DNA of 64,000 nt. Origin: an uncultured Gemmatimonadales bacterium (GTDB lineage: Bacteria; Gemmatimonadota; Gemmatimonadetes; Longimicrobiales; RSA9). Position 1 is the stretch's first letter. Every line of letters begins with the position of its first letter. The position numbers and the translations under genes are program-made. This document shows positions 44,526 to 53,551 of this stretch, piece after piece. The notes under the pieces are model-generated. The model was not told the origin of the DNA. It worked only from the letters and a program-made list of their open reading frames with translations, and made no database searches. The DNA is taken from the NCBI GenBank assembly GCA_963798845.1, contig CAWCUS010000004.1, positions 128,001-192,000 of the forward strand. The letters run 5' to 3'.

Positions 44526-45818
44526 ATGCACACCTCTCTTGCTCCTGCCGCACCGGTGATCCGGGCCCGCGCGCTCGACGCCGGGCAGGGCCCGCGGTTC
44601 CTGCTTCCGGGGGAGCACTTCGCGGCGGGGGTGGTCTTCCTGCTGCTGGGCATGGGGGGGCTGGTGTGGGTGGCGCCGCAGGTCGCGGCGGGATGGTACC
44701 CGTCGGCGCGGGTGGCGGCAGTGACGCACCTGTTCACGCTGGGCTGGATCACGACGTCGATCTTCGGGGCTCTGTACCAGTTCCTGCCGGTGGCGCTCGG
44801 GCGGCCGATCCGGTCGACGGTGCTGGCGCATGCGACGTTCGCGCTCTTCGTTCCCGGTCTGCTCGGATTCGTGGGCGGGCTGTTCGCCGGCGTGATGCCG
44901 CTGATGCTGGCGGGAGCTGCGGCATTCGGAACGGGTGTGTTCCTGTTCGCGGCCAACCTGGGTGCGACGCTCGCGGTCGCTGAGCGTCGGGACCTCACCT
45001 GGTGGTGCCTGGTGGCGGCGGACGGGTTCCTCGTGCTGACGGTGCTGCTGGGCCTCACCCTCGCCGGAAATCTCCGGTGGGGATACCTCGGCGTGCATTG
45101 GTGGACGGCGCTGGGGGTGCACCTGCACCTCGCGCTGGCGGGCTGGGTGATGATGGTCGTGATCGGCGTCGCTCACCGCCTCCTTCCCATGTTCCTTCTC
45201 AGCCACGGCGCCCCGGAGCGTTGGGGGCGGGTCGCGGGTGTGATGGTGGCCGCGGGCGTGGCCGTCCTGGTTGTGTTCCACCATGCCCCGGCGCCGCTGT
45301 CGCGCTGGCTTCCCGCCGGCCTCCTGCTCGGCGGGATGGCGGCGTTCCTTGCCCAGGCGCGCGCCTTCTTTGCCCACCGCGTGAAGCCGCGGCTGGATCC
45401 CGGGCTGCGGCTGGCGGGCGCTTCGCTGGCGTTCATGGGCGTGGCCGCCGGTCTCGGGCTCGCGAGCGTGATCACCGGCTTCGCGCTGCCCCGGCTGTCG
45501 ACGGGGTATGTCGCGTCGGTGGTCCTCGCGCTGACCCTGTTCGTGGCCGCGCACTATTACAAGATCGTGCCCTTCCTGGTCTGGTTCCATCGCTTCGGCC
45601 CTCTCGTGGCGGAGCGCCCGGTGCCGCGTGTGGCGGAGCTGTACTCGGCCAGGGGGGCCATGGCAGCCAGCTGGCTGCTGAGTGTGGGCGCTGCCGGAGT
45701 CGTCGCCGGGACGTTGCTCGGCTCGGGCGCGCTCGCCCGCGCCGCCGCCGCCGTGGCGGCCGCGGGTGGCGTGGTGGAGGCCGTCCAGATGTGGAAGCTC
45801 GCATGGAGGAGACCGTGA
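44526..45818 (+). CDS. Polytopic (~12 TM) His-containing membrane protein of DUF2249 clusters
   Basis: THLFTLGW, GALYQFLPV, HLHLALAGW, YKIVPFLVW; many TM segments. Confidence 0.75.
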   Translation: MHTSLAPAAPVIRARALDAGQGPRFLLPGEHFAAGVVFLLLGMGGLVWVAPQVAAGWYPSARVAAVTHLFTLGWITTSIFGALYQFLPVALGRPIRSTVLAHATFALFVPGLLGFVGGLFAGVMPLMLAGAAAFGTGVFLFAANLGATLAVAERRDLTWWCLVAADGFLVLTVLLGLTLAGNLRWGYLGVHWWTALGVHLHLALAGWVMMVVIGVAHRLLPMFLLSHGAPERWGRVAGVMVAAGVAVLVVFHHAPAPLSRWLPAGLLLGGMAAFLAQARAFFAHRVKPRLDPGLRLAGASLAFMGVAAGLGLASVITGFALPRLSTGYVASVVLALTLFVAAHYYKIVPFLVWFHRFGPLVAERPVPRVAELYSARGAMAASWLLSVGAAGVVAGTLLGSGALARAAAAVAAAGGVVEAVQMWKLAWRRP

Positions 45819-46156
45819 GCGAATCGTATGAAGCAGCCGTTGTCGGCGACCCTTCGGCCGGCGGAGCGTCGCCGGGTGTGACGGAGGACGCCGTCCGGAC
45901 CGCGCTCGCCGGCGTGGTCGATCCGGAGATCGGACTGGACATCATCACCCTGGGCCTCGTCTACGACGTCGCCGTCGCAGCGGGCGAGGTCGCCATCGAC
46001 TACACCCTCACCACGCGCGGATGCCCGATGGAGGCGCACCTCGGCAACGCCATCGTGGCCGTCGTCGCGGCGCTCGAGGGCGTGGTCGGGGTGCACGCTC
46101 GCCTGGTCTGGGATCCGGGGTGGACCCCGGGGATGATCCAGGAGGGGGCATGGTGA
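45815..46156 (+). CDS. Metal-sulfur cluster assembly factor (DUF59/SufT-like)
   Basis: VVDPEIGLDII.LGLVY, TLTTRGCP, LVWDPGWTP.M. Confidence 0.9.
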   Translation: MSESYEAAVVGDPSAGGASPGVTEDAVRTALAGVVDPEIGLDIITLGLVYDVAVAAGEVAIDYTLTTRGCPMEAHLGNAIVAVVAALEGVVGVHARLVWDPGWTPGMIQEGAW

Positions 46157-47031
46157 TCCGCGCCAGTGATCGAGTGCTCGACGTGATCGGGCGCGACGAC
46201 TCCCTCATCGAGGTATTCGTCTCCGTCTCGCCCGCGTTCCGTCGCCTGCGGAGCCCCGCCTTGCGCAGGGTGATGGGACGCCTCGTCACCGTGGGACAGG
46301 CCGCCCGCGTGGCCGGGATGACCCCGGAAACGCTCGTGGCCCGCCTGAACGACCTGGTCGGCACTTCTGAAGCTGGCGGCGAGCCCCCGGAATGCCCGGC
46401 GGAGGCGCCGCCGGCGGGCGGCGACGGTGACGGAGCCGGCACCCCGGTGGAGCTCGCCGGCATCCCGTCCGAGAGGGTGGTGGAGCTGGACGTCCGCGAT
46501 GCGCTGAACAACGGGGAGGAGCCGTTCAGCCGCATCATGGCGGCGAAGCGCGAGGTCCCCCCCGGCGGCGCGCTGCGTCTGCGCGCCATCTTCGAGCCGG
46601 TCCCTCTCTACCAGGTGCTCGCCCGGCAGGGCATGCGGCACTGGACCGAGCGCCTGGCCGACGACGACTGGATCGTCTGGTTCTGGCCGGCCGCCGCCGA
46701 AACCGCCGCCGAAATCGCCGCCGCTCCGGCCGCCGCTCCGGCTGCAGGGTCCGGCGAGGCGGGCGGTGTCGGGAGCGGTGGGATGAACGGCGAGGGCGTC
46801 ATCGTCCTCGATGTGCGCGGACTGGAGCCCCCGGAGCCGATGGTGCGGACGCTGGCGGCGCTGGACCGGCTGCCGAAAGGCGACACGCTGGTGCAGGTGA
46901 ACGTGCGGGAGCCTCGCTTCCTGTTGCCACAGCTGCAGGAGCGCGGCTTCACCTGGGAAGTGCGGGAGCAGGATCCGGACCTGATCCGGGTCTTCATCAA
47001 ACACGCAGAACGAGGTGGAAACGATGGCTGA
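46150..47031 (+). CDS. DUF1858-like + tandem DUF2249 domain protein
   Basis: LDVR..L..GEEPF..IM...FEPVPLY; second domain LDVRGLEPPEPM...REPRFL. Confidence 0.8.
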   Translation: MVIRASDRVLDVIGRDDSLIEVFVSVSPAFRRLRSPALRRVMGRLVTVGQAARVAGMTPETLVARLNDLVGTSEAGGEPPECPAEAPPAGGDGDGAGTPVELAGIPSERVVELDVRDALNNGEEPFSRIMAAKREVPPGGALRLRAIFEPVPLYQVLARQGMRHWTERLADDDWIVWFWPAAAETAAEIAAAPAAAPAAGSGEAGGVGSGGMNGEGVIVLDVRGLEPPEPMVRTLAALDRLPKGDTLVQVNVREPRFLLPQLQERGFTWEVREQDPDLIRVFIKHAERGGNDG

Positions 47032-47305
47032 AGAAGCGAACACGAGCGGGGAAGCGGGCGAGGTCCTGGACGTGCGGATCATTCCGCCGCGGGACAAGCA
47101 CCCCACCATCTTCCGGACCTTCGAAGCGCTGGAGCCGGGCCAGGCGTTCGTGCTGGTGAACGACCACGACCCCAAGCCGCTGCGCTATCAGTTCGAGTTC
47201 GAGCGCAAGGGACAGTACGGCTGGGAGTACCTCGAGGAGGGACCGGAGACGTGGCGGGTGCGGCTCATCAAGCGCCCCGGCGCTTCCGCGCACGGGACCG
47301 CCTGA
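47024..47305 (+). CDS. DUF2249 domain protein
   Basis: LDVR.IPP..KHPTIF, LVNDHDPKPLRYQF, WEYLEEGPETWRV. Confidence 0.9.
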   Translation: MAEEANTSGEAGEVLDVRIIPPRDKHPTIFRTFEALEPGQAFVLVNDHDPKPLRYQFEFERKGQYGWEYLEEGPETWRVRLIKRPGASAHGTA

Positions 47306-47597
47306 CGCGCGCGCTCTCGGAGCGGGGCGCCCTGGCCAGCACTTCGCAGCCCGGCGCCCCGTCCGCTGCCCGCCGCACCAACAGCTCCACCCCCAGCGCA
47401 TCCCGGTCTGCGGGCGCCGGGGCGGCTTCCCGCGCTGTGAGCGCACGGATCACGTTGGCCACGCTCTGCTGGTCCGAGATCGTCAATCTGCTCATGACAG
47501 CGGCCGCCGAGGTGCATCTTCCGGGCCACAGCCTCCCACGCCATCTTCCTGCCATGCCGCGGACGGGATGCCTCCCGCCGCCGAACCTCCGTGAGCC

Positions 47598-48971
47598 ATG
47601 CTCTCATCCGTCATCCGCGCCGTGGTTGGCGCGGCTGTCCGCCTCTTCTACCGCCTCGAGCGTCGTGGCGCCGCCGTGGCGACGGGACCGGTCCTGCTGG
47701 CGGCGAACCACCCGAACAGCCTGCTGGACCCGATCATCGTGCTGGCCACGGCCGGGCGCCGGTCGCGGCCGCTGGCCAAGGCACCGCTGTTCGAGCGTGC
47801 CGTGGTGGGTCGTCTGATCCGGGCGCTCGGTGGGATTCCGGTGTACCGGCGCGAGGACGACCCTGCGAAGATGGAGCGCAACGAGGACGCGTTCCGGGCG
47901 GCTACGGCGGCGCTGCTGGCGGGGGACGCCGTCCAGATCTTCCCGGAAGGGCGGAGCCATTCTGACCCATCGATGTCGCCGCTTCGAACCGGTGCGGCGC
48001 GGATCGCGCTGCAGGCCGAGTCGGAGTCGAGCTGGAGGCTGGGGCTGGTGATCGTGCCGGTCGGCCTGACCTACGAGCGGAAACGGTTCTTCCGGGGCCG
48101 GGCGGTGGTGGTGTACGGCGACCCGATGGCTGTGTCGGGGTGGCGTGCGGCGTGGGAGCGGGACAGTCGTGATGCCGCGAGGCAGCTGACCGCGGCGTTG
48201 GACCTGCGGCTGCGGGCGCTCACGCTGAACCTGTCCGAATCGGAGGATACGGCGCTCATCGACACGGCCGAGCGCGTCTGGAGCCACGCGAAGGGTGTGA
48301 TCACCGTTCGGGAGCGTGCCTCGCTGGGCGAGCGGCTGCCGCGCCTGCGGGCGTTCGCGGAGGGTCTGGCGTGGCTGCGCGCGGTGGATCCGGCGCGGCA
48401 TCGTCGCCTGGCGGGGGACGTGCGGCGCTACCGTCGGGTCGCGGACCTGCTGGGCGCGGCGGAGGGCGACGTCCCCGACCGGTACCGGCTGGGGCCCTCG
48501 CTCCGCTGGGTGGCGACGCTGGGCCTGCCGGTGCTGCTCCTCTCACCTGTCGCCGTGCTGGCCGTGGCGTTCTGGTGGGTGCCATACCGCCTGGTCCGGC
48601 GGGTGGTCGCCGGAATGAAGCTGCCCGACGACATGGAGGCGACGTACAAGCTGGCGACGTCGTTTCTGGCGTATCCGTCGTTCCTCGGGTTGTGGACCGG
48701 GCTGGCATGGTGGTGGGGCGGGTGGCCGGCGGGCCTTCTGGCGCTGCTGCTGCTGCCCGCCGTCGGAGTCGCGGCGGTTGCGTGGCTCGACCGGGCCAGG
48801 GAGGCGAGGGCCGATGTCCGCCTCTTCCTCCGTCTGGGCCGTCACGCGCAACGAGCCGGGGAGCTGGCAGCTCGCCGGGCGCGGCTGGTGTCCGAGTTCG
48901 ACGCGGTTCAGGCGCTGCGCGCCGCCGACGACGTCAGCTCTTCTTCGCCGTCTTTGCGAAGAACGCGCTGA
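47598..48971 (+). CDS. Lysophospholipid/glycerol acyltransferase (PlsC family) with C-terminal TM region
   Basis: NHPNSLLD (HX4D), LAKAPLF, IPVYR, IFPEG.SH, IVPVGL. Confidence 0.9.
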   Translation: MLSSVIRAVVGAAVRLFYRLERRGAAVATGPVLLAANHPNSLLDPIIVLATAGRRSRPLAKAPLFERAVVGRLIRALGGIPVYRREDDPAKMERNEDAFRAATAALLAGDAVQIFPEGRSHSDPSMSPLRTGAARIALQAESESSWRLGLVIVPVGLTYERKRFFRGRAVVVYGDPMAVSGWRAAWERDSRDAARQLTAALDLRLRALTLNLSESEDTALIDTAERVWSHAKGVITVRERASLGERLPRLRAFAEGLAWLRAVDPARHRRLAGDVRRYRRVADLLGAAEGDVPDRYRLGPSLRWVATLGLPVLLLSPVAVLAVAFWWVPYRLVRRVVAGMKLPDDMEATYKLATSFLAYPSFLGLWTGLAWWWGGWPAGLLALLLLPAVGVAAVAWLDRAREARADVRLFLRLGRHAQRAGELAARRARLVSEFDAVQALRAADDVSSSSPSLRRTR

Positions 48972-49098
48972 AGACCTGCTCCACCCGCTTGCTCCCGCAT
49001 TTCGGGCACTTCGGGTGCGCGCTGCCGTGCTCTTCGATGTGCTCGGCCCGCTCGAACTCCTCCTGGCACTTGAGACAGCGGTAGAGATATCTGGGCAT
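48934..49098 (-). CDS. FmdB-family zinc-ribbon protein
   Basis: MPRYLYRCLKCQEEFE...CPKCGSKRVEQVFS...T.KKS; not called as its own ORF in the track; 3' end overlaps the convergent acyltransferase. Confidence 0.8.
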   Translation of the reverse strand: MPRYLYRCLKCQEEFERAEHIEEHGSAHPKCPKCGSKRVEQVFSAFFAKTAKKS

Positions 49099-49262
49099 CG
49101 GTCCATGTCCACGATGGGCCGGGTGGGCGGGCCTGCGAACGCGACCCGCGCCTCACGCCGGACGGGCCATTGATGATCATCGTAAGCCGCCATTGCGACC
49201 CCGTCCAGACCCGCCTCTTTCCGACCCGGGGAGGTTCAGGCCGCCGTCGGGAGCGCGCTGGA

Positions 49263-50987
49263 TCACGCGCGTCCGCTGCCGAACGTGGCCTGGACGTTCA
49301 CGCTCGAACGCAGCGCAGCGGCGTAGAAGCGAGCTTCCGCTCGCAGCCGCGATCCGTCCGTCGGGTCGGTCGCCTCCCTGGCGGCGAGCGCGGAATCGCC
49401 GTAGCACGCCGCGGCGTAGACGGGCCGGTACGCTGCCACTGCTCCGGCGTCCGCCGCCGCCGCGGCCCGACCGGCCGGCGGACCCCCGGCCGCGCTGCGG
49501 ACCGCCTGGCGGAAGTGTTCCGCGGCTGCGGGAGTCAGCTCCAGCTCGATGGTCGCGCCGGCCACGTCCCACGCCGGGTCGGCCGGTCCCGGGAGCCGGA
49601 GGCCGTCGCCGTGGTCCACGGTGTCGATCTTCACGGTGCCGCCCGCACCGGTGCGGATCCACTCCCACGGCTGCAGCCTCCCGTCTGGAATGGTAGCCTC
49701 CCGCTCCGGCAGGAGTTCCAGGGCGCGAGCGGCCCGGCCCAGCTCCTGCCGCTGGAGGCCCGCTTCGACGCCGTTCTCCAGCAGCAGGTTCGCCCACCAG
49801 GCGGCGTCGGCCGGCTGTCCCGTCCGGAAGCGCCCGGCCCGGACGGCGATGTAGCCGGCCATCGCGTTCGCGAGCACCGGATCCTGGCCGACGCCGCGGC
49901 GGAACGGCGTCCCCTCCACCCACGGGCGCGTGACGAAGCCGAGCCCTGCCATCTCCGTGGGTCCGGCCTTCCCATCCGACAGCGCGGCGGCGCGCTCGAG
50001 CCACCGGTCGAGCGACGCGCCCAGTCCGGCGTAGCGGACCATCCAGGACGGGCCGCCCTCCTCCTGCACGCGCGCCTTGAGCCGCTCGAAGTGGGGGGCG
50101 GCCGGGAGGTCCGCGGCGCCGAACACCCGGCGGCGCCACGCGCCGCGTGAGAGGTCCAGGGGCGGCGGCCAGCTGCGTGCGGAGGCGATCCTCGCGAGCC
50201 GGTCGTCGTCGAGACGCGGGAGATAGCGGCGGCTCCGGCGGAACCAGGCGCGACGCCCCTCCGGCGCGAGCGGCATGGCGCCGTCGTGGCTCGGGAACAG
50301 AACGATCCGGGTCTCGGGTACGCCGGACTGGCGCAGCCAGCGGGCGGTGCACTCGAACGTTTCACCCGTGACGCCCGGGCCTTCGTCGACCACGAGCACG
50401 TCTCCGCCGCTCGCGACCGCGTCCACGATCCGATCGGTGACCCGCTCGCTCGCGTCGATGCGGCGATGGCCGCTCTCGCCGTGCGGTCGAACCGTTACGG
50501 ACGTCCCGGCGCTCACCGCGGCCGCCACCACGCCGGAGAGGCTCGTCCCGATGCTGCGGATCCCCACCACCACCGCGAGGGGTGCGCGCTCCCCCGCATC
50601 GCGCCGATACGCCGCCGCCGATCGCCCGTAGGCGCGGGGGTCGAGGGCGTAGTGGGCGTACCCCTCCGGATCGCGGATCTCCAGCGCGGGCGGCAGCGCG
50701 GGGCGGACCTCGCCGAGGAGCGCGAGCGCCTCGGCCATCGGTCGCCTCCGTCCCTCCGCGGTCGGGGCGATATACGCCCGTCCGGCCGCGAGCGTGGCGG
50801 AGCGGAGCACCGCGTCGACCGGACCGAAATCGTCACGGGCGGGGTGCCGGGCGTCGGCCGCTCCCTGCTCCAGCCGCCCCACCTCGACGAGGAAATCGGC
50901 CGCTCGTCCTTCGCCGGCCAGGCGTCGGAGCGACCGGAGGCACTCGTCGGTCGTGGCCGTGCGGATGACGTCGCGGTAGACGATCAC
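49263..50987 (-). CDS. Uncharacterised fusion: PRTase-like domain + phosphotransferase-like C-terminus
   Basis: PEGYAHYAL, VVGIRSIGTSL, VLVVDEGPGVTGET; C-terminal DGRLQPWEW, KIDTVDH, PAWDVAG; GTG overlaps the upstream stop. Confidence 0.7.
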   Translation of the reverse strand: MIVYRDVIRTATTDECLRSLRRLAGEGRAADFLVEVGRLEQGAADARHPARDDFGPVDAVLRSATLAAGRAYIAPTAEGRRRPMAEALALLGEVRPALPPALEIRDPEGYAHYALDPRAYGRSAAAYRRDAGERAPLAVVVGIRSIGTSLSGVVAAAVSAGTSVTVRPHGESGHRRIDASERVTDRIVDAVASGGDVLVVDEGPGVTGETFECTARWLRQSGVPETRIVLFPSHDGAMPLAPEGRRAWFRRSRRYLPRLDDDRLARIASARSWPPPLDLSRGAWRRRVFGAADLPAAPHFERLKARVQEEGGPSWMVRYAGLGASLDRWLERAAALSDGKAGPTEMAGLGFVTRPWVEGTPFRRGVGQDPVLANAMAGYIAVRAGRFRTGQPADAAWWANLLLENGVEAGLQRQELGRAARALELLPEREATIPDGRLQPWEWIRTGAGGTVKIDTVDHGDGLRLPGPADPAWDVAGATIELELTPAAAEHFRQAVRSAAGGPPAGRAAAAADAGAVAAYRPVYAAACYGDSALAAREATDPTDGSRLRAEARFYAAALRSSVNVQATFGSGRA

Positions 50988-51991
50988 TCCGTGGCCCGCC
51001 TGTGGACGTCCCGATGCGACATGCCGGAGCCGAGCCGCCTCGCCTCCTCGACGACCGTGACGGCCACCGCATCCGCGTGGTCGGCCAGGCCCGAACCGGC
51101 CGCGTGCAGCCCCATGTTCACGAGCTGGTAGGCCCGGTAGAAGGACAGCAGGAGCGGGTCGGCGTCGCGGCCCCATCCATCGAGCAGGTGCGGGAGCCAG
51201 TCCCATGTCCACGGCTGTCCGAAGAGTGGACCGTGCAGGATCTCCGTCTTGGCGATCTCGGCCTCGGGCGGACCTGAGAAGGCGTCCTCGAAGTCGATGG
51301 CGCCGATGCACTCGACCTGCGGCTCCTCGCGGCAGATCACGTTCTGGTCGAAGAGGTCGTTATGGACCAGAACGGGCGGCCGACCCTCGTTCGCCCGGGC
51401 GGCGTCGGGAGTGGCTTCGAGCAGCAGCTCCACCGCTTCCACGCCGGTCGGCCAATGCTCCGTGACGGCAGGCAGGAGCCGGTCGGCAAGGTCGAGCTCC
51501 ATGAACCGCTCCAGCGGTGTGTCGTCGCGCACCGATTCGACCACCGGTCCGTGCCCGGGCAGCTCGACCGTCTGGAGGCTTCGGATCAGGGCGCCCCAGC
51601 CGCGCACCACTCGCCCGCGATCGCCCTCGATCACGTCCGGCCACAGCTCGTGCAGCGTCGGGCCTGCGACCCACCAGTAGATCAGGACCGCCTCATCGGC
51701 CAGCTCGTCCGGGGTGGGGACGTAGCGTGGAGTCTTGAGCCCCGGTACCTCCGCCACGAGCTGTGCCGCCAGCCGCGACGCCCGGAAACGGTAGATGTTC
51801 GCCGGATCCCGCGCGCGCTTGATGACCAGGATCCGGCCGTCCCCGAGGTGCACTTCGTCCACGCTGTTGCTGTGCCGGTCGCGCCGGATCACGTGGTAGT
51901 CGGCGGGACTGTCCGCGCGCTCGCCGATGTGGTCGAGCACCACGCCGGCGGCTTCGTGAACCTCGGCGGACGCCGGTCGCCTGCCTCTCAT
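50984..51991 (-). CDS. Aminoglycoside phosphotransferase (APH/choline kinase) family protein
   Basis: LVIKR, PVLVHNDLFDQNV, AIDFEDA..GPPE.E. Confidence 0.82.
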   Translation of the reverse strand: MRGRRPASAEVHEAAGVVLDHIGERADSPADYHVIRRDRHSNSVDEVHLGDGRILVIKRARDPANIYRFRASRLAAQLVAEVPGLKTPRYVPTPDELADEAVLIYWWVAGPTLHELWPDVIEGDRGRVVRGWGALIRSLQTVELPGHGPVVESVRDDTPLERFMELDLADRLLPAVTEHWPTGVEAVELLLEATPDAARANEGRPPVLVHNDLFDQNVICREEPQVECIGAIDFEDAFSGPPEAEIAKTEILHGPLFGQPWTWDWLPHLLDGWGRDADPLLLSFYRAYQLVNMGLHAAGSGLADHADAVAVTVVEEARRLGSGMSHRDVHRRATE

Positions 51992-52344
51992 GCCTCCGCC
52001 CCGCTTCCGTCACCGTGCCAGTGCGGCCGGAAATCCTCCAGCGCCGCCAGCGTTTCGGCGAAATCGCCGCGGAAGGGAACCGCGCGGTCGTCCACGTACG
52101 CCAGCGCCGGCAGCTTGCGGTCCGTCACTCTGGCGACGAACCGGTCCAACCCGTGCCTCGCCAGCCACGCCCTCGCCGCCGCCGGGTCCCGTGTCGTCAG
52201 GACGACGATTTCGTGCCCCCTCTGCGCGAGCGCCTCCAGAAATGCCGCCGCTCCCGGCCGCGGAGCATGCCACGTGACCTCGCCCCGCCACCCGCTGTAC
52301 GTGTCCAGGACCCCGTTGAGGTCGACGCATATCCGCTTCTTCAT
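51988..52344 (-). CDS. Small capless HAD-superfamily protein
   Basis: ICVDLNGVL, PRPGA..FL, VLTTR, K.PA..YVDDRA. Confidence 0.78.
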   Translation of the reverse strand: MKKRICVDLNGVLDTYSGWRGEVTWHAPRPGAAAFLEALAQRGHEIVVLTTRDPAAARAWLARHGLDRFVARVTDRKLPALAYVDDRAVPFRGDFAETLAALEDFRPHWHGDGSGAEA

Positions 52345-52363
52345 GGTGTCCACACCTTCTCCC

Positions 52364-52996
52364 TCAGGCCACGTCGCGCCAGGCAGTGGCCGCCCCGGTG
52401 CGCTCCAGCACGACCAGGGAACAGTGCTCGGGCGTGATGCTCGCGTAGCTGTTCAGATCCCGGCCCTCGTAGTGCGCCCACGCCAGCCGGATCGCCGCGA
52501 GATGCGTCACGCACAGAGCGCGGCCGGTCCGCGCCATGATGCGCTCGAGCGCTGCCACCACCCGCCGCTGCGTGGCCGCCAGTCCCTCGTGACCCGGCAT
52601 GCTCAGAGCCGCCGGATCCGCTTGCCAGAGCGCGTGCATCGCCGGATCGCGCGCCTCGATCTCCCCGTCCGTCAGCCCTTCCCAGGGACCGAGAGCCATC
52701 TCCCGCAGGTCGGGCTCCACGCGTACCTCGCACTCCAGGCTCGGCGCCAGGATTCGGGCGGTCTCCATTGCCCTCGCCAGGGGGCTGCTCCACACCCCGT
52801 CCACGCGCAGGTAGCGCAGCCGCCGGCCCAGCGCGCGCGCCTGCTCTCTGCCATCGCGCCCGAGCGGCTCGTCCAGCATCCCGAGCCTTCGGCCCGACAA
52901 ATTCGCCTCCGTCACTGCGTGGCGGACCAGGTACAGCGTCCTGGTACGCTCGACCGTTCCGAACCCGCCGCCGCGGGCGCCCGTGTCCGTGCTGAT
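52364..52996 (-). CDS. Histidine phosphatase family protein (start uncertain)
   Basis: LVRHA.T..N, SSPL.RA.ETA, LRE..LG.WEG, VTH; no ATG in frame near the start (ATC at 52996 after GAGAGGT, or TTG at 53023). Confidence 0.85.
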   Translation of the reverse strand: MSTDTGARGGGFGTVERTRTLYLVRHAVTEANLSGRRLGMLDEPLGRDGREQARALGRRLRYLRVDGVWSSPLARAMETARILAPSLECEVRVEPDLREMALGPWEGLTDGEIEARDPAMHALWQADPAALSMPGHEGLAATQRRVVAALERIMARTGRALCVTHLAAIRLAWAHYEGRDLNSYASITPEHCSLVVLERTGAATAWRDVA

Positions 52997-53033
52997 GCGA
53001 CACCTCTCGGTTCCTCGTTCCAACCCCGTATAC

Positions 53034-53050
53034 CGCAACCCGAATGCCGG
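53034..53050 (-). promoter_or_regulatory. Putative sigma54 promoter of the leftward operon
   Basis: Minus strand CGGCATTCGGGTTGC = GG-N10-GC with TTGC. Confidence 0.55.
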
Positions 53051-53180
53051 CAGCCGCCATGCTCCCGGACGCCGCTGACAACCCCGCCCCGGCCAGTGGG
53101 GGCGGACCATGCGCGGATCCGCCGGCCCGCACCGGCGCGGCGTCGGCTCGCTTCGTGGACCCCCTCCCGCCGCTCCCTCG

Positions 53181-53197
53181 TCGGCGCGTGTCTTGCA
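53181..53197 (+). promoter_or_regulatory. Putative sigma54 promoter
   Basis: CGGCGCGTGTCTTGCA = GG-N10-GC with TTGCA, ~50 nt before ATG 53246. Confidence 0.55.
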
Positions 53198-53245
53198 CGC
53201 CGGTCGCGCTCGGCTGGCTCGCGTCGACGAAGGAGAGGGAAGGGA

Positions 53246-53551
53246 ATGACGGCAGACAACGCGGCTGACCGAGCTGCGGAGGAGGAGGGCGCCGCCCGCG
53301 CCGGGAGAGAGGCTGCCGACGAGCTGCGCGGGCAGCTCTTCACCGGGCTCGACCGCCTCGCCTTCGCCCTGGAGATGGAAGCCGCCGAAGCGGTCGAGCG
53401 CGGAGACGGCGAGGGTGCGGCGCGTCTGGAGGACCGGCGCCTCGGCGTCCGGCTGGCGCAGCGGCTCGTAGCCGGCGTTTACGCGGACGAAGTGGACCGC
53501 CGCATCGCCGCCACGGGGGAGGCGTACCACGACCGCACCGTCATGGAATGA
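53246..53551 (+). CDS. Hypothetical acidic helical protein
   Basis: Purine-rich RBS (AAGGAGAGGGAAGGG), GC3-biased codons. Confidence 0.6.
   Translation: MTADNAADRAAEEEGAARAGREAADELRGQLFTGLDRLAFALEMEAAEAVERGDGEGAARLEDRRLGVRLAQRLVAGVYADEVDRRIAATGEAYHDRTVME

Noticed and set aside
49170..49183. FNR-like box TTGATGATCATCGT upstream of the zinc-ribbon gene
   Set aside because: Second half-site mismatched and no supporting promoter; only a 10-bp palindrome
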